Below the pieces are notes generated by a model. That model saw only the letters and a list, made by a program, of their open reading frames with translations. It ran no database searches and was not told the origin of the DNA. The translations under genes and the position numbers were made by a program. A DNA stretch of 64,000 bases from positions 18,943 through 82,942 of the forward strand of contig CAZFIU010000003.1 of the NCBI GenBank assembly GCA_964519455.1, written 5' to 3'. Positions within the stretch are counted from its first letter, which is position 1. Each line of letters starts with the position of its first letter. The DNA comes from an uncultured Syntrophobacterales bacterium. Its GTDB lineage: Bacteria > Desulfobacterota > Binatia > UBA9968 > JAJDTQ01. Positions 17,696 through 26,581 of this stretch are shown here, in pieces.

Positions 17696-18712
17696 TCAAT
17701 CCAGCACGAACACGCACTTTCCGGTGGTGGCGCCGTCGAAGACGCGGAACGCCTCCACGGCGTCGTCGAGGGCGAAGCGGTGCGTGACCAGGTCGTCCAC
17801 CGGGACGTTCTCCTCCACCATGAAGCGGCAGATCTCGATCAGCTCGGACTTGTTGAAGGTCCACGAGCCGACGATGGTGGCCACCTTGAAGATGACGTCG
17901 TCGCGGAAGTTGATGGTGGACGGGGGGCCCATGCCCACGTAGCAGCAGCGCCCGAAGGTACGCATGGCCTTGAGGATCTGGCTGCGGCATTCCGGGTTGC
18001 CGGAGGTCTCCAGCGCCGCCGTCGCCCCCAGGCCGCCGGTCAACTCCTTGATGGCTTCCACGGGGTCGGTGTCGGCGGCGTTGATGACATGGTCCGCGCC
18101 GTAACCGCGCGCCAGTTCAAGCCGCTCCGGCACCACGTCGACGGCGATGACCTTGGCCCCCATGTACTTCGCACACATCGTCCCGCTCAGACCCACCGGC
18201 CCTTGGCCGAAGATGGACACCACGTCGCCGCCGGCGATATGGATCTTCTTGAGGCCGTTCCAGGCCGTGCCGGTGCCGCAGGAGATGGCCGCCCCGGCCT
18301 CGAAGGACAGGTCCTCGGGGAGGTGGATCAGCAGGCGCGACGGCACCAGGATGTAGTCCGCGTTGGCGCCGTGGGCGTCCACGCCGCCGAAGGTCACGTG
18401 GCCGTGGGGGCAGGCCTGCTCGAACCCCATGGAGCAGATCTCGCAGATGCCGCAGCCCTCGTAGTGGTGCACCACCACCCGGTCGCCCACCTTCAGGCCG
18501 GCCGGGGCGCCGGCGCCCAGCTCGTGGATGACGCCGCAAGGCTCGTGGCCGGTGATGGCGTTGATGGCCACGTCCCCGCGGTAACGGTGCAGGTCGGTGC
18601 CGCACATGCCCGAGGCGCGGATCTTCACCACCGCCTGGCCCGGTCCCGCGTGGGGGTCCGGGAACTCCCGTATCTCGCACTCTCGGTTGCCGTTGAACAT
18701 CACGCCGCGCAT
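17696..18712 (-). CDS. zinc-dependent alcohol dehydrogenase (MDR family)
   Basis: GHE..G catalytic zinc motif (GHEPCGVIHELG), structural-zinc Cys cluster (CGICEICSMGFEQAC) and Rossmann fold GQGPVG. Confidence 0.85.
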   Translation of the reverse strand: MRGVMFNGNRECEIREFPDPHAGPGQAVVKIRASGMCGTDLHRYRGDVAINAITGHEPCGVIHELGAGAPAGLKVGDRVVVHHYEGCGICEICSMGFEQACPHGHVTFGGVDAHGANADYILVPSRLLIHLPEDLSFEAGAAISCGTGTAWNGLKKIHIAGGDVVSIFGQGPVGLSGTMCAKYMGAKVIAVDVVPERLELARGYGADHVINAADTDPVEAIKELTGGLGATAALETSGNPECRSQILKAMRTFGRCCYVGMGPPSTINFRDDVIFKVATIVGSWTFNKSELIEICRFMVEENVPVDDLVTHRFALDDAVEAFRVFDGATTGKCVFVLD

Positions 18713-18957
18713 GGGATTTCTCCTGTCTCCTCAGAGGGATTTGCCTACAGCCCGTATCACGGGGCCGGGCGGCAGGGCAACCGTGGTGGCTGAATGGCGG
18801 AGGGGCCGGGATGACGCGGAGGCGCCGCCGGGGCCGTGGGTCAAGGCGGTGGTCCGGGCCGGGCGGGCGGCATTCTCCGCGTGTCTGTCTACGGCGGACG
18901 CTTTGTGGTATTGCGTTGGGTGCCTGACGGCACAGTTTGAGAGACAGGAGGTCGCCC

Positions 18958-19290
18958 ATGGAATTTGCGAGTCTTGTGGACAAGGCGGAGACAGGGCAGC
19001 GGTTTACACGGCTCTTCGGCACGGAGAAGTCCTGCACCTGGATGCTTCATTTCAAGCCCGGCGACCACACGGACATGCACTTTCACGCGGAGCCGGAGAC
19101 CTTTCTGGTGGTGGAAGGAAAGGCCAGCGTCAAGGACATCAACGGGGGCGAACGCATCATCGAGCAGGGTGAGGTGGTCTTCTTCCCGGCCAAGGACTAC
19201 TACCAGATCACCAACGTGGGCACGGGCCGTCTGCTTCTCTACGGCAACCGACCCGAACCCTTCGGCGGGGTCCACGTCACCGCGAAATAG
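18958..19290 (+). CDS. cupin domain protein
   Basis: 110 aa single-cupin barrel (HFHAEPETFLVVEG...EVVFFPA). AGGAGG Shine-Dalgarno upstream. Confidence 0.75.
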   Translation: MEFASLVDKAETGQRFTRLFGTEKSCTWMLHFKPGDHTDMHFHAEPETFLVVEGKASVKDINGGERIIEQGEVVFFPAKDYYQITNVGTGRLLLYGNRPEPFGGVHVTAK

Positions 19291-19402
19291 CTGCGGTTTG
19301 CCGTCGCCACGCACGCACGGACGGCGCCACGTCGGGGTCAAACCTTGGAGATGGTAACTCCTTGACCTCGTTTTGAATTTTCGACATTTGCGGAGAGCGG
19401 TC

Positions 19403-20155
19403 ATGGCGAACGAGAGTGCATCTTCAGAAGCGCAATACCTCGTCGGCTCGGTCTGGCCCACCAACCGGACCGGCGTGCTCGGCGACACGGAGCTGGACCC
19501 GAAGCTGCCGGCCAGCATCCGCTTCGTGCACCTGAGCATGGAGTTCACCCAGGGCACCCAGGACGAGTTCCGGGCGGCCATGCCGGGCTACGAGGCCAAG
19601 GCGGCGGAACTGGCGGCGCTCGAACCGGACCTGATCCGGGTCATCGGGGCGCCGCCGTTCATGCTCCTGGGCTACGAGGGGGAGAGCGCCACCATCCGTT
19701 CCTGGGAAGAACGCTACGGCGTTCCGATGCTCACCTCGGGGATGAACCACGTGTGCGCGTTCCGCACCCTGGGAGTGCGACGCATCGTGGGCGCGAGCTA
19801 CTTCCCCGAGCACCTGAACGACCTGTTCCGCCAATACCTCACCGACGCGGGTTTCGAGATGCTGGGCATGGACGGTATCGACGTGCCTTTCGCCGACGTC
19901 CCCAAGGTGCCGTCCGAGGAGATCCAACGGCAGCTCACGGAGATGTTCGCCCGCCATCCGGGAGGAGAATGCCTGTACATGCTGGGGTCGGCGTGGAAGA
20001 CCCTGGACATCATCGAACCCCTGGAGGCCGACCTGGGCGTGCCCGTGGTGTACGCCCCCACCGCGCGCTGCTGGGAGACGCAGATGCGCCTGGGCGTGCG
20101 CCAGCCGATTCCGGGCTATGGACGACTGCTGGCGGAGATGCCGGAACCGGTCTGA
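19403..20155 (+). CDS. Asp/Glu/hydantoin racemase superfamily protein (maleate isomerase/arylmalonate decarboxylase-like)
   Basis: Two-domain racemase-like pattern of ~250 aa. Confidence 0.7.
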   Translation: MANESASSEAQYLVGSVWPTNRTGVLGDTELDPKLPASIRFVHLSMEFTQGTQDEFRAAMPGYEAKAAELAALEPDLIRVIGAPPFMLLGYEGESATIRSWEERYGVPMLTSGMNHVCAFRTLGVRRIVGASYFPEHLNDLFRQYLTDAGFEMLGMDGIDVPFADVPKVPSEEIQRQLTEMFARHPGGECLYMLGSAWKTLDIIEPLEADLGVPVVYAPTARCWETQMRLGVRQPIPGYGRLLAEMPEPV

Positions 20156-20172
20156 GAACTCGGGTTTCCCCG

Positions 20173-20243
20173 CCTCACCCCACCTGGATTCCCGCCCCCG
20201 ATCGGGGTCGAGGGTAAACTTTCGCGGGAATGACGTTTCGGGC
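20173..20243. repeat. degenerate copy of the GGGAATGAC palindromic element
   Basis: ...CCCCACCTGGATTCCCGC...TTTCGCGGGAATGACG, read directly. Confidence 0.55.
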
Positions 20244-20342
20244 ATTCCTCGCGGCCCATCGGCTTATCTGGTACACACGGAGGAATCTCGTCACGACATC
20301 CTGCCGAGGCAGGCCCACGCACACCTACAGGGAGGAATCGCA

Positions 20343-20633
20343 ATGTCTGTAAGACTGATCGTCACCATCAACGCCGTCGAGGGGAAGGGCGCGGAACTTG
20401 CCGATGCGTACCGGGGCCGCTGCGAGGAAGTCATGCAGGAGCCGGGGTGCGAGCAGTTCGAGGTGTTCCGCAGCGTGGTGAACCCGGACAAGATGGTGAT
20501 CATCGAGCGTTGGGTGGACCAGGCCGCCCTGGACGTGCATGCGCAGGTGAACACCACTCGTCCGCCGCTCAAGCCCGAGCTTCGCGCCGGCGCCACCGAG
20601 CGCGAGGACTACGAGTACAACCGCACTCGCTAG
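20343..20633 (+). CDS. antibiotic-biosynthesis-monooxygenase (ABM) family protein
   Basis: 96 aa ferredoxin-like ABM fold. GGAGG Shine-Dalgarno upstream. Confidence 0.75.
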   Translation: MSVRLIVTINAVEGKGAELADAYRGRCEEVMQEPGCEQFEVFRSVVNPDKMVIIERWVDQAALDVHAQVNTTRPPLKPELRAGATEREDYEYNRTR

Positions 20634-20720
20634 CCTCCCGTCCGGGTCCTCATCCCAACGCAACACACTCCGGGGGGCGCGGGCACTGTCCCCGCTCCCC
20701 GGCATGAAAGGTCCCCGTCC

Positions 20721-21902
20721 ATGCCCGCAGCACTCGAAGGCATCAAGATCCTCGACGTCACCAACTACATCGCCGGTCCCTACGCGTCGCTCCTGTTGGC
20801 CGACCTGGGCGCCGACGTGTACAAGATCGAGACCCCCGGCAAGGGGGACCCGTTCCGCACCTGGGACAAGGAGCCCAAGGACTACAGCCCGAGCTTCTGC
20901 GCGCTCAACCGCAACAAGAAGAGCGTCACCCTCGACATGAAGGCGCCGGAGGGCCGGGAGGTGTTCCTCAAGCTGGCCAGGGACGCGGACGTCATCGTCG
21001 AGAACCTGCGCCCGGGCGTGGTGGACCGGCTGGGCATCGGCTACGACGTGGTGCGGGCGATGAACCCGCGCATCATCTACTGCTCCATCTCCGCCTTCGG
21101 CCAGGACGGCCCGTACCGGGAGCGGCCCGGCTACGACACCATCGGCCAGTCCCTGAGCGGGCTGTTGAGCGTGCTCACCGACGTCGAGCAGCCCCACGGC
21201 CCGGGGGCGGCCTTCTCCGACCATCTCGGCGGCGTCTTCGGCTGCTACGGCGTGCTCGCGGCGCTGGCCGCGCGCGAGCGCACCGGCGTGGGCCAGAAAG
21301 TGGAGACCTCGCTCCTGGAGTCCACCATCTGCTTCCTGGGGCTGAGCATGACCCAGTACCTCTTCAGCGGCGAGGTGCCGAGCATGCGCAGCCGCATCAA
21401 GACCGCCGGGGTCTACGCGCTGGTGGCGGGCGACGGCAAGCCCTTCGTCATCCACCTGTCCCATCCGCCGAAGTTCTGGATCGGCGTCACCGAGGTCATG
21501 GGGCGGCCCGACTTCCAGACCGACGAGCGTACCAAGGACCGTCCGGCGCGGGCCAAGAACTACGATTTCATCTCCGAGACCTTCGGCGCGGTGGTGCAGT
21601 CCGCGCCGCGCGAGCACTGGCTCCAGGAACTGCGTGTCCGGGACGTCCCGTGCGCGCCCATCAACAACTTCGCCGAGGTGTTCGAGGATCCGCAGGTGCA
21701 GCACCTGGACCGGCTCATGGACGTGGACCATCCCGAGTTCGGCCCGTTCAAGCTGGTGCGCAACGGCCTCAACCTGCTGGACACCCCCATCACGCTGAAG
21801 CTCCGGCCGCCGACGCTGGGCGAGCACAACGAGGAGACCCTGGCGGAGCTCGGTTACGGCCCAGAGGAGATCCGCTCCCTCCAGGAAAGAAACATAGTAT
21901 GA
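20721..21902 (+). CDS. CaiB/BaiF family III CoA-transferase
   Basis: Pattern LEGIKILDVTNYIAGPYASLLLADLGADVYKIE... and ~390 aa length. Confidence 0.85.
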   Translation: MPAALEGIKILDVTNYIAGPYASLLLADLGADVYKIETPGKGDPFRTWDKEPKDYSPSFCALNRNKKSVTLDMKAPEGREVFLKLARDADVIVENLRPGVVDRLGIGYDVVRAMNPRIIYCSISAFGQDGPYRERPGYDTIGQSLSGLLSVLTDVEQPHGPGAAFSDHLGGVFGCYGVLAALAARERTGVGQKVETSLLESTICFLGLSMTQYLFSGEVPSMRSRIKTAGVYALVAGDGKPFVIHLSHPPKFWIGVTEVMGRPDFQTDERTKDRPARAKNYDFISETFGAVVQSAPREHWLQELRVRDVPCAPINNFAEVFEDPQVQHLDRLMDVDHPEFGPFKLVRNGLNLLDTPITLKLRPPTLGEHNEETLAELGYGPEEIRSLQERNIV

Positions 21903-21918
21903 CCGGCGCCGTGCTCTC

Positions 21919-23052
21919 GTGCTCGAGCCGGAATTCATGAGCCCGGCGTCCTCGCGCTTCGGCTCCCGCGCGCGCGCCGCGCTGCGCCGGAGCGTTGCCG
22001 ACCTCCGCGCGCGCATGCCCGCCATCCTGACCGCCCTGGCGGTAGGCATTCCCGCGGGATACCTGTGCGACCGGCTGGACCTGCCCATCCCCTGGATGAT
22101 CGGGCCCATGGTGGCCATCGCCGCTCTCAACCTGCTGGGCGTCCCCATGGATTCGCCGCCCTACGCGCGCCAGATGGGGCAGGTGGTGCTCGGCTCGGGG
22201 ATCTCCCTGTACTTCACCCCGCCGGTCGTGGTGGCGCTGGCGGCCAACTGGCTGCCCATCGTCCTCGCCACCCTGGCGACCTTTATCATCGGCGCCCTGG
22301 GGGCGGTGATCCTGAGCCGCGTCTCGGGAGTGGAGACGCGGTCGACCTTTTTCGCGTCCATCCCGGGCGGCGCCATGGCCATGGCCAACCTGGCCCACCG
22401 CTACGGCGCGCAGATCGCGCCGGTGGCGGTGGCCCACAGCCTGCGGGTCTCCATCCTCGTGCTGGTGATCCCCTTCGCCCTGACCTACGGCGGCATCCCG
22501 CTGGAGACCGGCGACTACCGCCCGACCGTGCCCCTGGACGTGGGCGTGCTGGTGCCCTGGCTGCTCGCCGGCTTCGTGCTGGGCGAGACCTCCGAGCGCC
22601 TGCACATTCACAACGGCTACCTGCTCATGCCGATCTTCTTCGGCGCCGCGTTCACGGTGAGCGAGGTGCCGCTCTCGGCCGTGCCCCAGTGGATGACCAA
22701 CTTCGCCCAGCTCATGTTCGGCCTGGTGCTGGGGGCGCGCTACGAACGCGCCTTCTTCATGCGCTACAAGCTGTTCATCCCGTTCGCCCTGCTCAACTCG
22801 TTCTTCGTGCTGGCGGCGTCGGTGGTGGTGGCGGCGGTGCTGTCCTGGGGCTTCCGGCTCCCCATCGCCACCATGATCATCTCCACCTCGCCCGGCGGCC
22901 TCGCCGAAATGGCCATCACCGCCCAGGCACTGGGCATCGGGGTGCCCGCGGTCATCGCCTTTCATCTGGCCCGAATCGTGGTAGTGAACATGGGCACGCA
23001 ACACATCTACGTCGGCGCCACCCGCTGGCTGCCGCGCCTCCGCCGCCGGTGA
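21919..23052 (+). CDS. AbrB-family membrane protein (COG3180, putative transporter duplication)
   Basis: About 10 TM helices with an internally duplicated hydrophobic core. The start could instead be 21937 or 22015. Confidence 0.6.
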   Translation: MLEPEFMSPASSRFGSRARAALRRSVADLRARMPAILTALAVGIPAGYLCDRLDLPIPWMIGPMVAIAALNLLGVPMDSPPYARQMGQVVLGSGISLYFTPPVVVALAANWLPIVLATLATFIIGALGAVILSRVSGVETRSTFFASIPGGAMAMANLAHRYGAQIAPVAVAHSLRVSILVLVIPFALTYGGIPLETGDYRPTVPLDVGVLVPWLLAGFVLGETSERLHIHNGYLLMPIFFGAAFTVSEVPLSAVPQWMTNFAQLMFGLVLGARYERAFFMRYKLFIPFALLNSFFVLAASVVVAAVLSWGFRLPIATMIISTSPGGLAEMAITAQALGIGVPAVIAFHLARIVVVNMGTQHIYVGATRWLPRLRRR

Positions 23053-23112
23053 TTCACGGCGCGGGTCGCGCGCACGCCCGGCGCCGTGCCCAATCTCTGC
23101 TCGGGAGGAACC

Positions 23113-24009
23113 ATGGAAGAGAAGATCCGGTTTTTCAGCGGCCCCGGCTACGGCCTGTCCGCCGTCATCACCATCCCCGACGGCCGCGACCGGTCGGACC
23201 GCCACCCCGGCGTCATCCTGTGCCAGGGATACGCCGGCCTCAAGGAGGCGCTGATGCCCTTGGTGGCGGAACGTCTCGCCGCCGAGGGGTACGTAACGCT
23301 CCGCTTCGACTATCGCGGCTTCGGCGAGAGCGAAGGGCCGCGCCATCGCCTGATCCCGCTGGAACAGATCGAGGACATCCGCAACGGCCTCACCTGCCTC
23401 GCCGTCCGCGAGGAGGTGGACCCCGACCGCCTGGCCATCTGGGGCACCAGCTTCGGCGGCGCCCACGCGGCCTACGCCGCCGCCGTCGATGAGCGGGTCC
23501 GCTGCATCGTCAGCGTCGTGGGGGTCGGCGACGGCGAACGCTGGCTCCGTTGCCTGCGCCGCGAATGGGAGTGGCAGGCGTTCCTGAAAGAGCTCGACGA
23601 CGACCGCGACCGGCGCGTGCTGAGCGGCCAGTCCCGGCGCGTCCACCCTTACCACATCATGGAGACGACTCCGGAAGGGTGGGAGTTCTGGAAGGAGACC
23701 GTGGCCGCCAACCCGGAGCGGGGCGAGGTGGAAATGCCCCTGGAATGCGCCGACGCCATCATCGAGTACAAGCCCGAGGCCGCCGCCCACGAAATCGGCT
23801 GCCCGGCCCTCTACGTCTCCGCCGAACTCGACACCCTCACCCCGCTGGAAGAACAGTTGAACCTCTACGAAGGCTCACCCGAACCCAAGGACTACATCGT
23901 GGTACCGGACGTCAACCATCACGACATCTACAAGGAGCCGCACCTGAGCCACCTGCTGGACCTGTCCGTGGCATGGTTCGACGAGTACCTGAAGGAGGCG
24001 GGAGACTAG
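23113..24009 (+). CDS. alpha/beta hydrolase
   Basis: Nucleophile elbow GTSFGG plus Asp/His downstream. GGAGG Shine-Dalgarno upstream. Confidence 0.8.
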   Translation: MEEKIRFFSGPGYGLSAVITIPDGRDRSDRHPGVILCQGYAGLKEALMPLVAERLAAEGYVTLRFDYRGFGESEGPRHRLIPLEQIEDIRNGLTCLAVREEVDPDRLAIWGTSFGGAHAAYAAAVDERVRCIVSVVGVGDGERWLRCLRREWEWQAFLKELDDDRDRRVLSGQSRRVHPYHIMETTPEGWEFWKETVAANPERGEVEMPLECADAIIEYKPEAAAHEIGCPALYVSAELDTLTPLEEQLNLYEGSPEPKDYIVVPDVNHHDIYKEPHLSHLLDLSVAWFDEYLKEAGD

Positions 24010-24088
24010 AGAGAGGAGGCAGGAGACCAGAGAGGCGAAGAGAACGGGCCTTTCCCAAAAAACAGTTGCCACCCGCTTAAGAAGGTCC

Positions 24089-24116
24089 TTGAAGTGACCG
24101 ACCTTTATTGTACAAT
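24089..24116 (+). promoter_or_regulatory. sigma70-like promoter (TTGAAG-N16-TACAAT) upstream of the small membrane protein
   Basis: Read directly in a locally AT-richer stretch. Confidence 0.3.
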
Positions 24117-24155
24117 CGATATCGTACTCGCTTCTTCATCGGGGAGGTTGCAACC

Positions 24156-24371
24156 ATGAGTGCCGTTCCGTCGGATCTCTATATCCTTGTCGCCATCATC
24201 GGCACGGGCATCTCCTTGGCGGGACTCATTCTGCCGGACCTGCGCTCAATGAAAAGGGACATCGGCGAACTCCGGGACAGTATCGGCGAGCTCCGGGAGC
24301 GCATGGCTCGTATCGAGGGGCTCTTCGAAGGCTTTGCCCGCCGGGAAAACAACCGCGACAACGTGCCCTGA
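24156..24371 (+). CDS. hypothetical small membrane protein with a tandem IGELR coiled-coil segment
   Basis: 71 aa with one TM helix. GGAGG Shine-Dalgarno upstream. No family recognised. Confidence 0.4.
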   Translation: MSAVPSDLYILVAIIGTGISLAGLILPDLRSMKRDIGELRDSIGELRERMARIEGLFEGFARRENNRDNVP

Positions 24372-24480
24372 TGCTTGACCCTATCCGTCTTCACGACATA
24401 GTCCTTTTGCGCTTCGGCGATTCTTGTACCACCGAGCTACACTCGACCCCTGAGAGCAGGGGCTTCAAGCGTGCTTGCGG

Positions 24481-24696
24481 TTAGTCCTGTGTGGCGGGCT
24501 CGCTGGCCAGGACTTCGTGGGTGACTTGAGCGATCTCATTCATGCCTCGCCGCAGCAAGCCGATTTCGTATCGTGTCAGCATCCGGGGAGCGGGCGAGGT
24601 ACCTAGCCTCCGATTGAGTAAGGCAATCGAAGGAGTGGCCGAAATTCTTCCGCCACCACCCTTCGAAGTCCGGTCCGTGTCGTTGTCGGAGTTCAT
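24481..24696 (-). CDS. hypothetical protein (weak)
   Basis: ORF only, Gly/low-complexity N-terminus and no recognisable family. Confidence 0.2.
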   Translation of the reverse strand: MNSDNDTDRTSKGGGGRISATPSIALLNRRLGTSPAPRMLTRYEIGLLRRGMNEIAQVTHEVLASEPATQD

Positions 24697-24709
24697 GCAG
24701 TTGCTCCTG

Positions 24710-25033
24710 TTAGGGGTTCAGTTTAGCGAAGGGAGTGTCCAGTCGTTCGCTGAGCCGCTTCGCCAAGGCAGCCGGAATGGCATTGACGCCTCGGCGTTCA
24801 TAGGCATGGGCGCTGACCAGCACGGGACTTCCGCCTTCGCTCACCGCGGAGATCAGTGCCTGAACCGCAGCGATTCCAGCTTCGTCCACCAGACTGCCAA
24901 CCAGCTTCGCGGCGGCGAAGGCGTCACCTGCCTTTGCGTCGAGGTACTCGGGATGCCGTCTGGTCCGCGTTTCGTCGGCGAGCAAGATTACGTCAGGAAA
25001 CGCTTCCCATACTACCCTTGGAGGATGCTTCAT
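24710..25033 (-). CDS. hypothetical 107-aa protein, translationally coupled to the upstream AAA-ATPase/PD-(D/E)xK gene
   Basis: Its ATG at 25033 abuts the AAA gene stop (TAA 25034-25036). No family recognised. Confidence 0.5.
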   Translation of the reverse strand: MKHPPRVVWEAFPDVILLADETRTRRHPEYLDAKAGDAFAAAKLVGSLVDEAGIAAVQALISAVSEGGSPVLVSAHAYERRGVNAIPAALAKRLSERLDTPFAKLNP

Positions 25034-26581
25034 TTACACCCCCTCCACCTCGAACCCCGCCAGGTTGCGTGCCTCCCCGCTGAATTCCACCGCCACCAAG
25101 TGGATCGGCTCGCCGAGGCTCCGGTACTTGTCCGCGTAGCCCCTCTCCTTCAACTGCGTCATGGCAGAACCCGGCGGCGCCGTCTCGACCACCTTGAACT
25201 CGAACAGGTAGACGTTGCCGTTGAACCGCACGGCCATGTCCAGTCGCCCGTGGTTGCTGCTGTCCTCCACCGTGATATCCAGCCCCAGGCCTGCGAAGTA
25301 GGAGTAGAACACACTGGCGTAGTAGCCCTCGTAGTCGGCGATGTCGTTGTTCGTGTACCACTGGTGCGGGATGCTGGCGAAGAACGCGTGGAACAGCGTC
25401 CGAAGCCCGTCGAAGTCGTTGGCAAGGAGCAGGTTGTAGAGCTTGGCGCTGTTCGACACCCGCCTCGACGCGTCCCCCGTCATGCGGTTCAGCAGGCTTC
25501 TGTTCAGGCTTTGGCGGACCTCCCGGTTGGGATAGCCCAGACGGTAGAGCATCTCCCCGCCGCGAGGCTCGGCGCGCACGATGGTCAGGTAGCCGGTCTG
25601 GAACAGCAGCGCCTCCGTCGGTATGTCGTCCACGTCGAACCGCGACAGCAACTCGCCGCTGCCGACCATGCCGTCCAGCGACAAGGCGCTGACCCGGCGC
25701 TCGAACAGCGTGTCCACGAGAAACGCCGGTGAGCCCGTCTCGAACCAATGGCCGCCGAACTCCCGGTTGCGGAACAGCAGCAGGATGTCGACCGGATTGT
25801 AGACATTCTCCTCGCCCAACCAGCCGTAGCCGTTGTACCAGTCGCGGATCTCGCCTCGGTCGAGGCCCGGCAACTCCGCGGCAAACACCGTGTCCAGGTC
25901 CGCGTCCGTATAGCCGCACACCGCGGAATAGCCGGGGTCCAGCGTGATGTCGGTAAGGTTGTTGAGCCCGGAGAACAAGCTCACCTTGGAGAACTTGCTC
26001 ACTCCGGTGATGAAGCTGAACCGTAGATGCGCGTCGCTGTCCTTTATCACCGCGTACAGACCGCGCAGAAAATCACGGTTGGCGCGCGCGACTTCCGGCA
26101 CATCCAGCGCATCCAGGATGGGCTTGTCGTACTCGTCAATCAGCACCGCCACGGGCTGCCCCGCCTGGTGGTGCAGCGCCTCCAGGAGATAGCGCAAGCG
26201 TTCGACCGGTGTAGAGTATGGCGAGTCCAGCCCCGCCTTGCGTTCCACCGTGTCAAGTTGGGCCATCAGGTTCGTGTGCAGGTAGCCGGGCTCCTTGAAG
26301 TTGCCGCCGCCGAAACTCAGGCGTACGACGGGATGCCGCACCGACCAATCCCACCGATCGTGGATGTAGAGCCCTTTGAACAGCGGCTCATTGCCCTCGA
26401 ACAACTCCTTGCACGTGTCCAGGAACAGGCTCTTGCCGAAGCGTCGGGGACGGGACAGGAAGTAGTGCGTTCCCTCGTCCAGTAGCCGGCGGACATACGC
26501 GGTCTTGTCCACGTAGTAACAGCCGTCTTCGCGAATCTTGCGGAAGGTCTGAATGCCGATGGGCAGCCTGCGCCTGGTCAT
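25034..26581 (-). CDS. predicted AAA-ATPase (PF09820-like) with C-terminal PD-(D/E)xK nuclease domain (DUF1703-like)
   Basis: N-terminus LPIGIQTFRKIREDGCYYVDKTAYV...FLSRPRRFGKSL. The C-terminus carries a ...D...FEFK PD-(D/E)xK-like core (GRLDMAVRFNGNVYLFEFKV). Confidence 0.8.
   Translation of the reverse strand: MTRRRLPIGIQTFRKIREDGCYYVDKTAYVRRLLDEGTHYFLSRPRRFGKSLFLDTCKELFEGNEPLFKGLYIHDRWDWSVRHPVVRLSFGGGNFKEPGYLHTNLMAQLDTVERKAGLDSPYSTPVERLRYLLEALHHQAGQPVAVLIDEYDKPILDALDVPEVARANRDFLRGLYAVIKDSDAHLRFSFITGVSKFSKVSLFSGLNNLTDITLDPGYSAVCGYTDADLDTVFAAELPGLDRGEIRDWYNGYGWLGEENVYNPVDILLLFRNREFGGHWFETGSPAFLVDTLFERRVSALSLDGMVGSGELLSRFDVDDIPTEALLFQTGYLTIVRAEPRGGEMLYRLGYPNREVRQSLNRSLLNRMTGDASRRVSNSAKLYNLLLANDFDGLRTLFHAFFASIPHQWYTNNDIADYEGYYASVFYSYFAGLGLDITVEDSSNHGRLDMAVRFNGNVYLFEFKVVETAPPGSAMTQLKERGYADKYRSLGEPIHLVAVEFSGEARNLAGFEVEGV

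Noticed and set aside
20325-23790. 607-aa and 666-aa minus-strand ORFs
   Set aside because: Antisense to the CaiB, AbrB-family and alpha/beta-hydrolase genes. Low-complexity translations.
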